A stretch of DNA of 64,000 bases, taken from NCBI GenBank assembly GCA_016869715.1, contig VGDM01000011.1:379-64378 (forward strand). Reading direction: 5' to 3'. The notes under the pieces were generated by a model, which worked only from the letters and a program-made list of their open reading frames with translations, was not told the DNA's origin and made no database searches. The DNA comes from Alphaproteobacteria bacterium. GTDB taxonomy: Bacteria; Pseudomonadota; Alphaproteobacteria; Acetobacterales; Acetobacteraceae. Below are positions 20,100 through 30,389 of the stretch, piece after piece (within the stretch, counting starts at the first letter, position 1; every line of letters begins with the position of its first letter). The translations under genes were made by a program, and so were the position numbers.

Positions 20100-22562
20100 T
20101 CAACCTTGCGGCGCGGCGGGGTTTTCCGGCCAGGCATGTTTTGGGTAGCGCCCGCGCATTTCCTTACGCACCTCCGCCCAACTTCCCGCCCAAAACGCTG
20201 CCAGATCGCCCGTGATGGCAATGGGCCGCCCAGCCGGTGAGAGCAACGCCACCTGCAATGGCACCTGCCCGCCAGCGAGCAAGGGCAAGCTCCGCAGACC
20301 AAACAAATGCTGCGCGCGGGCTTCAAGCGTTGGCACATCACGCACGTAATCAATCGTTGCACTCCGCCCGGCAGGCAGCGCGAACCATGCGGGCAGGGCC
20401 TGGTCCAGCCCCCGGCGCGCTTCCCAGGGCAAAAGGCCCAGCAGCATTTGGGCCAGATCAAGCCCCGCCAATTCCTGCAAGCGCGTGAGGCCCGCAAGAT
20501 GCGGCGCCAGCCATTCGGACGCTGAGGCGATCAACACTTCGTCAGAAAGATCCGGCCAGGCTTCGCCTTCCACCTGCCGCATCCAGCCCATTCGCGCGCG
20601 GGTTTGCCGCGCCGCGTCGTTCCAAGGCAGATCGCGCAAGCCGCGCTGAGCCACGGCTTCCGCAAGGGCCGCCGCCATTGCCGCCGGATCCGCCTGCTGC
20701 AGCGGCGCTTCCTCCAAAACCAGCGGGCCGAAGCGGAGCCGCCGCCGCGCTAGCACCGCGCCGGTCCGCGCATCAAACGCTGCCCCTTCCTCGCGATGCA
20801 GCCTTCCGGGAAAGCGGGCTTCCAGCACGGCGCGTTCAATGGGTGCGGCCATGCGGATGCGCGCCTCGGTCCTCAAGATTTCCAGATCAGCCACGGCAAG
20901 CAAAGGCGCCTTGGCGAGGGGATCAATGCCGGTGATGCGTGCCCCCTGGCCGGAAGCCAGGCGAAAGGCGCCATCCATCGCACCGCGCTTGGCCGCGATG
21001 CGGTCAGGGAAGCCCGCCGCCAACAGGGCCCCGGCATCACCTTCGGCCGCCACGCCATTGCCAATGCCAAGCCGGCGCCGATGCAGGCTGGCGGCACGGC
21101 AAATGCGCTGCACCGCCCCGCGATCCGCCGCCGCGTGATCTCCGCCCGCAAGCAGATCAAGCCGGAGCCCGATATCCGCCGGCGCTTCCCGCCCGCGCAA
21201 GGGATCGCGTTCTTCCAAAAGGGCTGCGAGTTCGGCGGCGAGTGCCTTCTCCGCATTGCCCTCCGCCGCCAGCATCATGCGCGCGAGCCTTGGGTGCGTG
21301 CCCATCCGCGCCATGCGCCGGCCTGTTTCCGTGATGCGCCCTTCCTCATCCAGCGCATCCAAATCGCGGAGCAAGCCGCGCGCGGCGGCCATTGCACCGG
21401 CAGGCGGCGCATCCAGGAAAGCGAGCGCGCCCGGCTCCACCCCCCAGGCCGCGCAATCCAGCGCCAGGCCAGAGAGTTCCGCTTCCAGAATCTCGGGCCG
21501 ATCCGTCTGCGGCAGTCCGCGGTGCAAAGCTTCCGTCCAAAGCCGGATTGCGACCCCGGGTGCGGTGCGCCCCGCACGGCCCGCGCGTTGCTCCGCTGCC
21601 GCCTTGCCGATCCGCAGAGTCACAAGGCGCGACAGCCCGCTTGCGGCATCAAGTCGTGGCGCGCGGCGATAGCCGCCATCCACCACAATGCGCACATTGG
21701 GCACGGTCAGCGATGTCTCGGCGATGGAGGTCGCCAGCACCACCTTGCGCTGCCCATCCGGCGCCGGGTTAAGCGCCAGATCCTGTTCAGCCGGCGGCAA
21801 TTCCCCGTGAAAGGGTAGCACGAGCGCGCCCACCCCGCCCAGCCTTTCGGCGGTACGACGGATTTCGCCCCAGCCCGGCAGGAAGGCCAGCACATCGCCG
21901 AGGTGCGCGATCAGAGCCTCACGAATAGCACTCGCCATGGCTTCGGGCAGGTCGCGCGGGTCACGCAAATCCCGCTCGCGGTGGCGGATTTCGACAGGAT
22001 AACCGCGGCCCAGGCTTTCAATCACCGGGGCAGGGGTGCCGTCTTCCGCCATCAGGCCAGCGAAGCTCGCGCCATCCAAGGTCGCGGACATGGCCAGTAG
22101 GCGCAATTCGGGGCGGAGCGCCCTTTGCAGATCAAGTGCAAGCGCCAGCGCCAAATCAGTATCCAGATTGCGTTCATGCGCCTCGTCGAAAAGAATTGCT
22201 GAGACACCCTCAAGCCCGGGTTCGCTTTGCAGGCGGTGCACCAGCAGGCCTTCCGTCACCACCTCAACCCGCGTGCGGTCGGAGAATTGCCGATCAAGTC
22301 GCGTGGCAAGGCCGATGGTGCCGCCGGGCTGGTCTTCGCCGATCAAGGACGCCATGCGGCGCGCGGCGGCACGGGCGGCCACACGGCGTGGTTCCAAAAC
22401 CAGGATGCGCCCTTCAGCCGCCCAGGTTTCTTCCATCAGCGCCAAGGGCACAATTGTGGTCTTGCCCGCGCCGGGGGGTGCGATCAGCACGGCGTTGGAA
22501 GACCCTCTCAGCGCAGCACGCAGCGCCGGCAGCGCTTCAGAGACAGGCAATTCAGGGAGCAT
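20100..22562 (-). CDS. hrpB: ATP-dependent helicase HrpB
   Basis: APPGAGKTT, DEAHER, MSATL, LATSIAETSLT, QRAGRAGR, C-terminal RGRYPKHAWPENP. Confidence 0.95.
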   Translation of the reverse strand: MLPELPVSEALPALRAALRGSSNAVLIAPPGAGKTTIVPLALMEETWAAEGRILVLEPRRVAARAAARRMASLIGEDQPGGTIGLATRLDRQFSDRTRVEVVTEGLLVHRLQSEPGLEGVSAILFDEAHERNLDTDLALALALDLQRALRPELRLLAMSATLDGASFAGLMAEDGTPAPVIESLGRGYPVEIRHRERDLRDPRDLPEAMASAIREALIAHLGDVLAFLPGWGEIRRTAERLGGVGALVLPFHGELPPAEQDLALNPAPDGQRKVVLATSIAETSLTVPNVRIVVDGGYRRAPRLDAASGLSRLVTLRIGKAAAEQRAGRAGRTAPGVAIRLWTEALHRGLPQTDRPEILEAELSGLALDCAAWGVEPGALAFLDAPPAGAMAAARGLLRDLDALDEEGRITETGRRMARMGTHPRLARMMLAAEGNAEKALAAELAALLEERDPLRGREAPADIGLRLDLLAGGDHAAADRGAVQRICRAASLHRRRLGIGNGVAAEGDAGALLAAGFPDRIAAKRGAMDGAFRLASGQGARITGIDPLAKAPLLAVADLEILRTEARIRMAAPIERAVLEARFPGRLHREEGAAFDARTGAVLARRRLRFGPLVLEEAPLQQADPAAMAAALAEAVAQRGLRDLPWNDAARQTRARMGWMRQVEGEAWPDLSDEVLIASASEWLAPHLAGLTRLQELAGLDLAQMLLGLLPWEARRGLDQALPAWFALPAGRSATIDYVRDVPTLEARAQHLFGLRSLPLLAGGQVPLQVALLSPAGRPIAITGDLAAFWAGSWAEVRKEMRGRYPKHAWPENPAAPQG

Positions 22563-22633
22563 GGGCGGGGCGATGCGACACGGATCGCCCCCATGTGACG
22601 CGCCAGCTTCGCGCAATCAAGCCGCGAAGGCGC

Positions 22634-22933
22634 TCAGCGCGGGCGCGGCGGCGAATAGGGTGGGTTCACATAAACCCCTCCAATCGGCGGCGTATAGCCC
22701 GGCTGCTGCACAATATTCGGATCGGGCGGGCAATTCGGGCGATTGATGCCGCAATCTCAGGCGAAGCGATCCGGCCGCCCGGTCATGCTGCCGCCGGTGA
22801 TGAAGCGGCAGGCGCATTGCTTGCCGGTCATGCAGGCCAATTGCCCTTCGCGGGCTTCGATGCATTGCGGCGGTTCCTGCGCCGCCAGCGGCAGCGAAAA
22901 GACCAAAAAACCAGCCAGGAGGATGTTGCGCAT
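22634..22933 (-). pseudogene. Small Cys-rich secreted protein (99 codons) with an internal TGA; not in the ORF track
   Basis: Manual translation: MRNILLAGFLVFSLPLAAQEPPQCIEAREGQLACMTGKQCACRFITGGSMTGRPDRFA*DCGINRPNCPPDPNIVQQPGYTPPIGGVYVNPPYSPPRPR; TGA at 22757-22759. Confidence 0.75.
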
Positions 22934-23033
22934 GATGCAGCCTCACCGGTGAAGATTAACCAATACCTAACGCGCCGAGCCTGTTCTCATTTCCGGGCTT
23001 GCATAGAGTCCCTTTCGCGCCCCTTTATGGGCC

Positions 23034-25067
23034 ATGCGCTTCCTCGCTGCCCTTTTCACCTTGCTGATCCTGCCCTGGCTGCCGGCGCGAGCGCTGGAAT
23101 CTGCCGCGCGGGAAAGCCCGCGGGCGCGCGTCACGCTGGTGGCGGATCATTTGGCCATTGCGCCGGGGCAGGCGTTGCAGCTTGGGCTTCGCCTCTGGCT
23201 TTCGCCGCGCTGGCATAGCTATTGGCGCCATGCCGGGGATGCCGGCGCGCCCACGGAAATCTCCCTGACCCTGCCCGAGGGCAGCGTGGCCAGCCCCATC
23301 ACCTGGCCCATCCCGCAGGCGATCCCCTCCGGTCCGCTGATGAGCTTCGGCTATTATGGGGAAGTGGTGCTGCCGATTCGTATCACCCCGCCGCCGGGGC
23401 TACGAGTTGGCGAGGTTTTCGGCATCTCGGCGCAAGCGACCTGGCTTGTTTGCGATGATGTCTGCATCCCGGAAGAAGGCAGCTTCCGCCTTGATCTGCC
23501 CGTGGCGGCTGAAGCGCAGGTTAACCCCGCTCTGGCACCGCTTTTCGCCACGGCCGCTGCTGCTCTGCCGCGCCCTTCACCCTGGCAGGCGCGCGCCACG
23601 ATCCAGGGCGATGCCTTGCGGCTGCGCCTGACCGGCCCTGGCCTTGGTCGGGAGAGCCTCAAGGACGCGCTATTCATTCCCGGCCAGGGCGGGCTGTTGG
23701 ATCACCCCGCGCCACAGACCCTGACGCAAGGGCCGGATTGGCTGGAATTGATGCTGAAGCGGGCTGAGCGACCCGAAAACCTCGCCACGCTGGAAGGCGT
23801 GCTGCTGCTGACCGACCAGGGCGGGCGGCGGCTTGGCTATGAGATCACAGCGCCAATGTTGCCTGGCGCGGCCTTCCTGCCACTGTGGCAGGCGCTGATT
23901 TTTGCGATGATTGGCGGGGTTATCCTGAACCTGATGCCCTGCGTCTTTCCGGTACTCGCCATGAAGGCCATGGCCCTAACGCGGCTGGGCGGAGCGGCGC
24001 GCGGGGCGGTGCGGCTCGAAGCCGCTGCCTATACGGCCGGCGCAGTGGTGAGCTTCACGGCGCTCGCCGGGCTTTTGCTGGCGCTGCGCGGCGCGGGCAT
24101 GGCGCTTGGCTGGGGGTTTCAGTTCACCTCGCCGGTTTTTGTGCTGGCGATTGCCTGGCTGATGCTGGCGGTTGGGCTAAATCTTTCGGGTGTTTTCGCG
24201 CTGGGAGGGCCGATTGGCGCGGGCGGGTATCTCGCCGCACGCGGCGGGTGTTTGGGCAGTTTCGCAACCGGGGCTTTGGCGGTGCTGGTGGCGAGTCCCT
24301 GCACCGCGCCCTTCATGGCGGCGGCGATTGGCGCGGCCTTGGTCATGCCCGCACTGGCGACCCTTGCGGTTTTCGCAGCCCTTGGCCTTGGGCTGGCGGC
24401 GCCCACGCTGATCCTGGCCCTGGCGCCGGGCTTGGCCAGCAAACTGCCCCAGCCCGGCCCCTGGATGGAAAGGCTTCGCCGCATCATGGCCTGGCCGATG
24501 TATGGCGCTTCGCTCTGGCTGGTTTCAGTGCTTTGGGCGCAGAGCGGCTTGCTTGGTGTGGCATTGGCGCTGGCGGGTGGGCTCGGCCTTGCGCTTGGCG
24601 CCTGGATGCTTGGCCGGGCGCAGCGCCATGGCCGCGCAGGGTTTGGCCCGGTTTTCGCCGCGCTGGCCTTGCTGTTGGCGCTGCCCCTTGGTCTGACTGC
24701 CGCGCCTTCTGCCCCCGCCGCCACTGAGACCGCTGAAAGCTGGAGCCCCGCGCGGGAGGAGGCGCTGAGGGCTGAAGGCAAGGGCATACTCCTGAATGTC
24801 ACCGCCGCCTGGTGCATCACCTGCCAGGTCAATGAACGCATCGCCCTTCGTCGGGATGCCGTGCAGGCAGCCATGGCTGCGCGCGGCATTGTCTATTTGA
24901 AGGCCGATTGGACGCGCGGCGATCCCGCCATTACCGCCTTGCTCCGCGCCCATGGCCGCGAAGGCGTGCCGCTTAACCTGTTCTGGCCACCGGGCAGGGG
25001 CGAGGCTGTGATCCTGCCCGAAGTGCTGACCGAGGCTATGGTGCTGCGGCAGATCGGCGCGCCTTAG
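23034..25067 (+). CDS. dsbD: DsbD-family protein-disulfide reductase
   Basis: N domain WHSYW/VCDDVCIP, TM domain LNLMPCVFPV and SPCTAPFM, thioredoxin TAAWCITC. Confidence 0.88.
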   Translation: MRFLAALFTLLILPWLPARALESAARESPRARVTLVADHLAIAPGQALQLGLRLWLSPRWHSYWRHAGDAGAPTEISLTLPEGSVASPITWPIPQAIPSGPLMSFGYYGEVVLPIRITPPPGLRVGEVFGISAQATWLVCDDVCIPEEGSFRLDLPVAAEAQVNPALAPLFATAAAALPRPSPWQARATIQGDALRLRLTGPGLGRESLKDALFIPGQGGLLDHPAPQTLTQGPDWLELMLKRAERPENLATLEGVLLLTDQGGRRLGYEITAPMLPGAAFLPLWQALIFAMIGGVILNLMPCVFPVLAMKAMALTRLGGAARGAVRLEAAAYTAGAVVSFTALAGLLLALRGAGMALGWGFQFTSPVFVLAIAWLMLAVGLNLSGVFALGGPIGAGGYLAARGGCLGSFATGALAVLVASPCTAPFMAAAIGAALVMPALATLAVFAALGLGLAAPTLILALAPGLASKLPQPGPWMERLRRIMAWPMYGASLWLVSVLWAQSGLLGVALALAGGLGLALGAWMLGRAQRHGRAGFGPVFAALALLLALPLGLTAAPSAPAATETAESWSPAREEALRAEGKGILLNVTAAWCITCQVNERIALRRDAVQAAMAARGIVYLKADWTRGDPAITALLRAHGREGVPLNLFWPPGRGEAVILPEVLTEAMVLRQIGAP

Positions 25068-25230
25068 CCAAAAAGCTTGCGCCCCCCTGGGGCTGCGGAG
25101 TATCCCCATGTCTTCGGCATCAAGACCGGATACGGCGCGCATGCGCTAGCGCAAATTGAGGCAGGCTTGGCTTTGTCAACGCGTTTCCGCGTACAGCCAG
25201 CATTTTGGCTTTGCGCCCGAGGGTCTGATC

Positions 25231-26421
25231 ATGCCGCTTTCCGTACCCGCTGCCGATCCCAAGGCCATGCCGGATTTCCTCCGGCTGGTGGGGTCTGATC
25301 TTTGGGCGGAACGGCTCGCGGATTTGGGGCGCCGTGCGCAGGCAAGCGCCTTTCAGGGCCGCGCAACGCAGCATCGCCATGCCTTGGAATTCGCCCTGGC
25401 GCGTGCTGCGCGCGGCACGGCGCGGGGTAGTGCGGAACGCCGCGCGCTTGGCTTCGCGGCGGAAGCGGTGCGCCTGGCCAATGGCCTGCCGGAAGCGCGG
25501 CGCGAGAAGCTGCGCGCCGCCATCATCCAAGGGCTTTCCGGTGAGGCAACGCTGATCCCGCTATTTCATCTGCTGCGCTCAGCCGCACTTTATCGCGCGC
25601 AAGGTTTTGAGGTGCGTTTCACCGGCCTTGCGGAAGACAGCGCGCATGATCTGATGATCAGCCGTGGTGGCGCTGTTGCGGAAGTGGTGTGTGAGACGAT
25701 CTCGGCCGAGGAAGGCCGGCCGGTGCGGCGTGGGCATTGGTATGCGCTGATGGATAGCGTCAATCCTGAATTGCAAACCTGGCTCGCCGCGCATCCTGGC
25801 CGCTATGTGCTGCGCATGACGCTGCCCGATGGGCTCGCCGGCCCGGACAAGGCAGCAGAATTGCAGCGCCGCATCATGGCCATGCTGGCGGCTCAGAGAC
25901 GCCAGGATAGCAGCGCGGATGCGGTGCTGAAGCTTGACCCGCTGGTGCTGGCCGGCGCGCAGGTCGATCCGCTTCCTGGCAGACTGCGTCAGCAGTTTGG
26001 GCCAGAAGCGCATTTGGCCGTGACCGGCGATCCGGCTGGCGGGTCGGTGTTCGTGCTGGCTGCGCGCGCTGGTCAGGAAAACAGTATTTCGGACGCCGTT
26101 GCCACGCGCATGGCGAGTGCGGCGGCGGCGCGGCTATCGGGCGCGAAACCCGGCATTGTTTCGGTCTTTATTGAGGATATGGACCGCGTTGAATGGCGGG
26201 GCTTGCGCGATGATCTGGCGCTTGAAGGCGCAGTGCGGCGCTTTCTGGCCGGTCACGCCGCACGGCGCGTGGTGGCGGCTTCCTGTTCTTCGCGCGCTGA
26301 ACTTTTCGGCCTGGCGCCACCTGATGCCGTGGCGGGTGGGGAGCTGCGTTTCCGCAACCCATCCCACCCGGCGGCTAAATCTGCGGCATTGACGCCCGCG
26401 ATACTATCCACCACCGCATAA
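25231..26421 (+). CDS. Hypothetical protein (396 aa)
   Basis: Long ORF with host-like codon use; HDLMISRGGAVAEVVCET loosely resembles a PD-(D/E)xK core. Confidence 0.7.
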   Translation: MPLSVPAADPKAMPDFLRLVGSDLWAERLADLGRRAQASAFQGRATQHRHALEFALARAARGTARGSAERRALGFAAEAVRLANGLPEARREKLRAAIIQGLSGEATLIPLFHLLRSAALYRAQGFEVRFTGLAEDSAHDLMISRGGAVAEVVCETISAEEGRPVRRGHWYALMDSVNPELQTWLAAHPGRYVLRMTLPDGLAGPDKAAELQRRIMAMLAAQRRQDSSADAVLKLDPLVLAGAQVDPLPGRLRQQFGPEAHLAVTGDPAGGSVFVLAARAGQENSISDAVATRMASAAAARLSGAKPGIVSVFIEDMDRVEWRGLRDDLALEGAVRRFLAGHAARRVVAASCSSRAELFGLAPPDAVAGGELRFRNPSHPAAKSAALTPAILSTTA

Positions 26422-26445
26422 AAATATTTTGCAAGCGTAGCGCCA

Positions 26446-27228
26446 TCACCGCCCGGTAAATTGCGGCGCGCGCTTGTTCAGGAAGGCGCTGACCCCTTCT
26501 TGGAAATCGGCGCTGGTGAAGCACATGGTCACCAGATCATCGCCCTCAACCTCACTGGTTGCCTCGCGCAGACGGCGGATCGCTTCCTTGGTGGCGCGCA
26601 GCGTGAGTGGCGCAAGGGTTGAGATACTGGTGGCCAATTCCTGGGCGCGATTGGCGACATCATCTGGTGTTTCCAGCATTTCGGAAATCAGGCCGATATG
26701 CTTGGCCTCATCGGCGGAAAACAACCGCGCGGTCATGATCATTTCAGTGACGGCAGCGGGGCCGACCAGGGCATAAAAGCGCGCGAAGTTGTGCATGTTG
26801 AGGATATTGCCGAGTGTCTTCGCAATCGGCAGGCCAAAGCGGGCGCCCTTATCGGCAATGCGGATATCGCAGCAGCCGGCAATACCAAGCCCGCCACCGG
26901 TGCAGGCGCCAGTAATGGCGGCAATCACCGGCTTGGTGCAGCGTTCCAGCGCGCCCAAAACCTTGTCAATGCGCGCTTCGTAATTCAGCGCATCCTCGGC
27001 GGTGCGGAATTCGCGGAATTGCGAAATATCGGTGCCAGAAGCAAACGCCTTGCCGCCCGCACCCATGATCACCCAAACGCGAATAGCGGGGTCGGCGCTG
27101 ATCTCATCGGCCAATTCTGCCAAGCGCGCATACATGGCGAAGGTCATGGCATTACGCGCTTGCGGGCGGTTGAAAGTGGTCCAGGCAATGCCGCCTTCGC
27201 GGGTTTCGTGCAGCAGCTCTTCGGTCAT
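26446..27228 (-). CDS. Enoyl-CoA hydratase/isomerase
   Basis: FNRPQARNAM, AFASGTDISQF, GACTGGG, CDIRIA; real start MTEELLHE at 27228. Confidence 0.9.
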   Translation of the reverse strand: MTEELLHETREGGIAWTTFNRPQARNAMTFAMYARLAELADEISADPAIRVWVIMGAGGKAFASGTDISQFREFRTAEDALNYEARIDKVLGALERCTKPVIAAITGACTGGGLGIAGCCDIRIADKGARFGLPIAKTLGNILNMHNFARFYALVGPAAVTEMIMTARLFSADEAKHIGLISEMLETPDDVANRAQELATSISTLAPLTLRATKEAIRRLREATSEVEGDDLVTMCFTSADFQEGVSAFLNKRAPQFTGR

Positions 27229-27351
27229 GGTCAGGTTCCTCGGCTTTGGGATGCGCATGGGTAGCGTGCGACGCTGGCGCGTCAACCCGGTCTCTTGCCC
27301 TGGTGCGGCGGCAGTGCCAACAAGGCGGCGAATTCCGATGGAGATAACGCC

Positions 27352-28524
27352 ATGATGCCGCTTTCCCGCTTTACTGTGCTTGACCTCACGCGCGTCCGTT
27401 CCGGCCCCACCTGTGTGCGCCAATTGGCCGATTGGGGTGCCAATGTGATCAAGGTGGAAGCGACCGATGAGGTGGATACGGGTAAGGGCATGGGCGGCGA
27501 GCGTCAGGGGCCGGATTTCCAGAATACGCATCGCAACAAGCGCGGCATGACTCTGAATTTGAAGGCGCCCGAAGGGCTCGCCGCTTTCCGCCGCCTGGTC
27601 GCCAAGGCCGATGTTGTCGTGGAAAACTATCGCCCGGATGTGAAGGAGCGTTTGGGCATTGATTTCGCCGCGCTCTCGGCTGTCAATCCGCGCATTGTGC
27701 TGGGTTCGATTTCCGGCTTCGGCCAGGATGGGCCCTATGCCAAGCGGCCGGGCTTTGACCAGATCGCGCAGGGCATGGGCGGCATCATGAGTGTCACCGG
27801 CATGCGCGGCGAGGGGCCAGTGCGCGCGGGCATCCCTGTGGCGGATCTGACCGCGGGGCTTTACACTGCGATCGGCATTCTGGTGGCGCTTTTGGAGCGC
27901 GAGGCCACGGGCAAGGGTCGCTGGGTGCATACCAGCCTGCTGGAAGCCATGATCGCCATGATGGATTTCCAGGCGACGCGCTGGACCATGGCCGGCGATA
28001 TCCCGGGCCAGGCCGGCAATGACCACCCGACCACAACGCCGACCGGCCTGTTCCGCACCAAGGATGGGCTGATGAATTTGGCCGGCGGCGGACGTCAAAT
28101 GTGGGATCGGATTGTGGCGAAACTAGGCCTTACCGAAGAAGCCAAGGACCCTGCCTTCGCCACCGACAAATCGCGCCATGCCAATCGCGACAAGACCAAT
28201 GCGCTGCTGCAATCGCGCCTGATCGAAAAAACCACTGCCGAATGGGTGGAGAGTCTGAACAAGGCCGGCGTGCCAAGCGGGCCGGTCTACACCATGGACC
28301 AGGTTTTCGCCGATACGCAGGTGAAACACCTTGGCATGGCGATGCCAGTCGCGCATCCCGCGCTTGGCGAAATTGCGCTGGTGCGCGCGCCGATGCAGAT
28401 TGCGGGCGTGACCTGCGCGCGCAAGCCAACCCCGGAACGCGGTGAGCATACCGATCAGGTGCTGCGCGAGTTTGGCTTTACGGCGGCGGAAATCGCTGCC
28501 CTGCGCGCCGCCAAGGCGATCTGA
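27352..28524 (+). CDS. CaiB/BaiF family III CoA transferase
   Basis: VLDLTRVRSGP, ADWGANVIKVE, RNKRG, ADVVVENYRP, VADLTAG, GEHTDQVL. Confidence 0.93.
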   Translation: MMPLSRFTVLDLTRVRSGPTCVRQLADWGANVIKVEATDEVDTGKGMGGERQGPDFQNTHRNKRGMTLNLKAPEGLAAFRRLVAKADVVVENYRPDVKERLGIDFAALSAVNPRIVLGSISGFGQDGPYAKRPGFDQIAQGMGGIMSVTGMRGEGPVRAGIPVADLTAGLYTAIGILVALLEREATGKGRWVHTSLLEAMIAMMDFQATRWTMAGDIPGQAGNDHPTTTPTGLFRTKDGLMNLAGGGRQMWDRIVAKLGLTEEAKDPAFATDKSRHANRDKTNALLQSRLIEKTTAEWVESLNKAGVPSGPVYTMDQVFADTQVKHLGMAMPVAHPALGEIALVRAPMQIAGVTCARKPTPERGEHTDQVLREFGFTAAEIAALRAAKAI

Positions 28525-28707
28525 GCCTAACCAAGCCAATTGGTATCATTTCGTGGCTTGGGAAATGCCATGCGGAAGGGCGCTGGTGTATGCTGCGAGC
28601 AGGAATGTGATCCGGACGCGCGCCAAACGCCCGACTTCATGGGCCTTTTGGTTGAGACAAGCTGTTTGGCTGCCGGTTCAAAACCCGCAATTGCTTGATG
28701 CCGCGTG

Positions 28708-29013
28708 ATGATGCTGGAAATCACGGATGAGTAGATCTTGCCGGCCCTAGCCCCCTCGGCGGAGCCGTTTTCTGATCTGGCCCTTGTCCACTTAGAACGC
28801 GATGCGCGTGCTGCCCGGCGATTGGAAATCCTTGGGCGGCATTTCGGGAATGACCCGAGCTATGATGAAATTCAACAACGCCTGGTCAGGGCGTTCACCG
28901 CGGCACGCAAGGACTTGGATCGATTATCGCTGATACAAATGGATCGTTTGCAATTGGCAGAAATTCTAATGGGGCGCCACAAGGCGCGGACATTGCTTTC
29001 TTCTGAACGGTAA
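28708..29013 (+). CDS. Small hypothetical protein, possibly interrupted by TAG at 28732-28734
   Basis: ATG ATG CTG GAA ATC ACG GAT GAG TAG ATC TTG, in frame with the 91-aa ORF 28738-29013. Confidence 0.4.
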
Positions 29014-29066
29014 TCTGCGGGTGAACCCATGATAGCGCTTCGGGTTGAAGGTGCGAAATCTTGTGC

Positions 29067-30389
29067 CTAATCCGTCAATAACCACACCAACCAGAGCGAT
29101 AGGCTCGGGAATACCACCACTAGCCCAAGACGCAGCACATCCGCCAGCACAAAGGGAGCAACCGCGCGATAGGTGGCGAACATCGGCACATCCCGCGCAA
29201 TGGCATTTACGACAAAAACATTGAGGCCGATGGGTGGTGCCGTCAGGCCAATGCCGCAGACGATCAGTACCAGAATGCCAAACCATACCGCCATATCATC
29301 CGGCGCCATGCCAAAATCGAGCACGGTGATGATGGGAAAGAATACTGGCAGGGTCAGCAGAATCATCGCCAATTCATCCATCACCGCGCCTAGCAATATG
29401 TAAAATGCAAGCAGCATCATCAGTACGGCATGCGGCGGCAGGCTAAGCCCGACTACGGCTTGTGCGGCTTCCATTGGCAATTGGGAAAAGGCGAGGAAGG
29501 CATTGAATACCTCGGCGCCCAACAGAATAACGAAAATCATGGCGGTGGTTTCGGCAGTGCGGATCAGGGCCGCGCCGAATTCCTTGAAGCCGATGCTGCG
29601 CCGCGCCAGCCCAACCAAAAGCATGGCAGTGGCGCCCGCAGCCGCGCCCTCGGTTGGCGTGAAAATACCGCCATAAATGCCGCCTAGCATGACTATGGTA
29701 ACCACGGCCGCTGGCCATGCCCCGGCCAGCGCACGCCAGCGTTCCGCCATGGGGAGTTTTTCGCTTGGTGGTGCCAGGCCCGGGTTGCGCCGTACCATGT
29801 AAGCGATGACGCAAAGATAGAAGGCAGTGGCAAGCACGCCCGGAATCAGCGCGGCCTGAAACAGCTTGACGATATTCTGTTCGGTGGAAACCGCATAGAC
29901 AACGAGGATCACCGAAGGCGGTATCAAAATGCCAAGCGTGCCGCCCACGGCAATGGTGCCGGTCGCAAAGCCAAGGTCATAACCATAGCGGCGGAATTCC
30001 GGCAGCGCCGTGCGCCCAAAAGTTGCTGTTGTAGCAACGGAAGAACCGCAAATGGCGCCAAAGGCCGTACAGGCGCCAATAGTGCTGGAAGCAAGCCCGC
30101 CGCGCCGATGCCCGATCCAGGCGCGCGCGGCGCGAAACAAATCCGTGGAAAGCCCGGAAACCTCAGCCAGAGCGCCCATCAGAATGAATAGTGGAATGAC
30201 CGAAAGCGTGTAATTGGCGAAATTGTGATAGGGCGTGGTTTTGATGTAGGACAGAAACGCTTGCAGGCTGGTCAGCTGAATATAGCCAAGCGCGCCCACT
30301 ACCAACATTGCAAGCCCGACCGGCATGCGGAGTGCAATCAGCCCCAGCATGGCGGCAAAGCCCAGCATGGCGACTTCAAATCCGCTCAT
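29067..30389 (-). CDS. dctM: TRAP transporter large permease
   Basis: VIPLFILMG, GSSVATTATFG, GGTLGILIPPS, TPTEGAA, PPIGLNVFV. Confidence 0.93.
   Translation of the reverse strand: MSGFEVAMLGFAAMLGLIALRMPVGLAMLVVGALGYIQLTSLQAFLSYIKTTPYHNFANYTLSVIPLFILMGALAEVSGLSTDLFRAARAWIGHRRGGLASSTIGACTAFGAICGSSVATTATFGRTALPEFRRYGYDLGFATGTIAVGGTLGILIPPSVILVVYAVSTEQNIVKLFQAALIPGVLATAFYLCVIAYMVRRNPGLAPPSEKLPMAERWRALAGAWPAAVVTIVMLGGIYGGIFTPTEGAAAGATAMLLVGLARRSIGFKEFGAALIRTAETTAMIFVILLGAEVFNAFLAFSQLPMEAAQAVVGLSLPPHAVLMMLLAFYILLGAVMDELAMILLTLPVFFPIITVLDFGMAPDDMAVWFGILVLIVCGIGLTAPPIGLNVFVVNAIARDVPMFATYRAVAPFVLADVLRLGLVVVFPSLSLWLVWLLTD

Noticed and set aside
22956-22970. CtrA-like box TTAA-N7-CTAA
   Set aside because: Single imperfect match with no cell-cycle context
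25077-25230. Possible Xre-antitoxin remnant (LAQIEAGLALST)
   Set aside because: Too short; no partner toxin and no continuing homology
26446-28098. 550-aa enoyl-CoA hydratase fusion in the ORF track
   Set aside because: The N-terminal ~290 aa is mostly the antisense shadow of the CoA transferase; the hydratase begins at 27228
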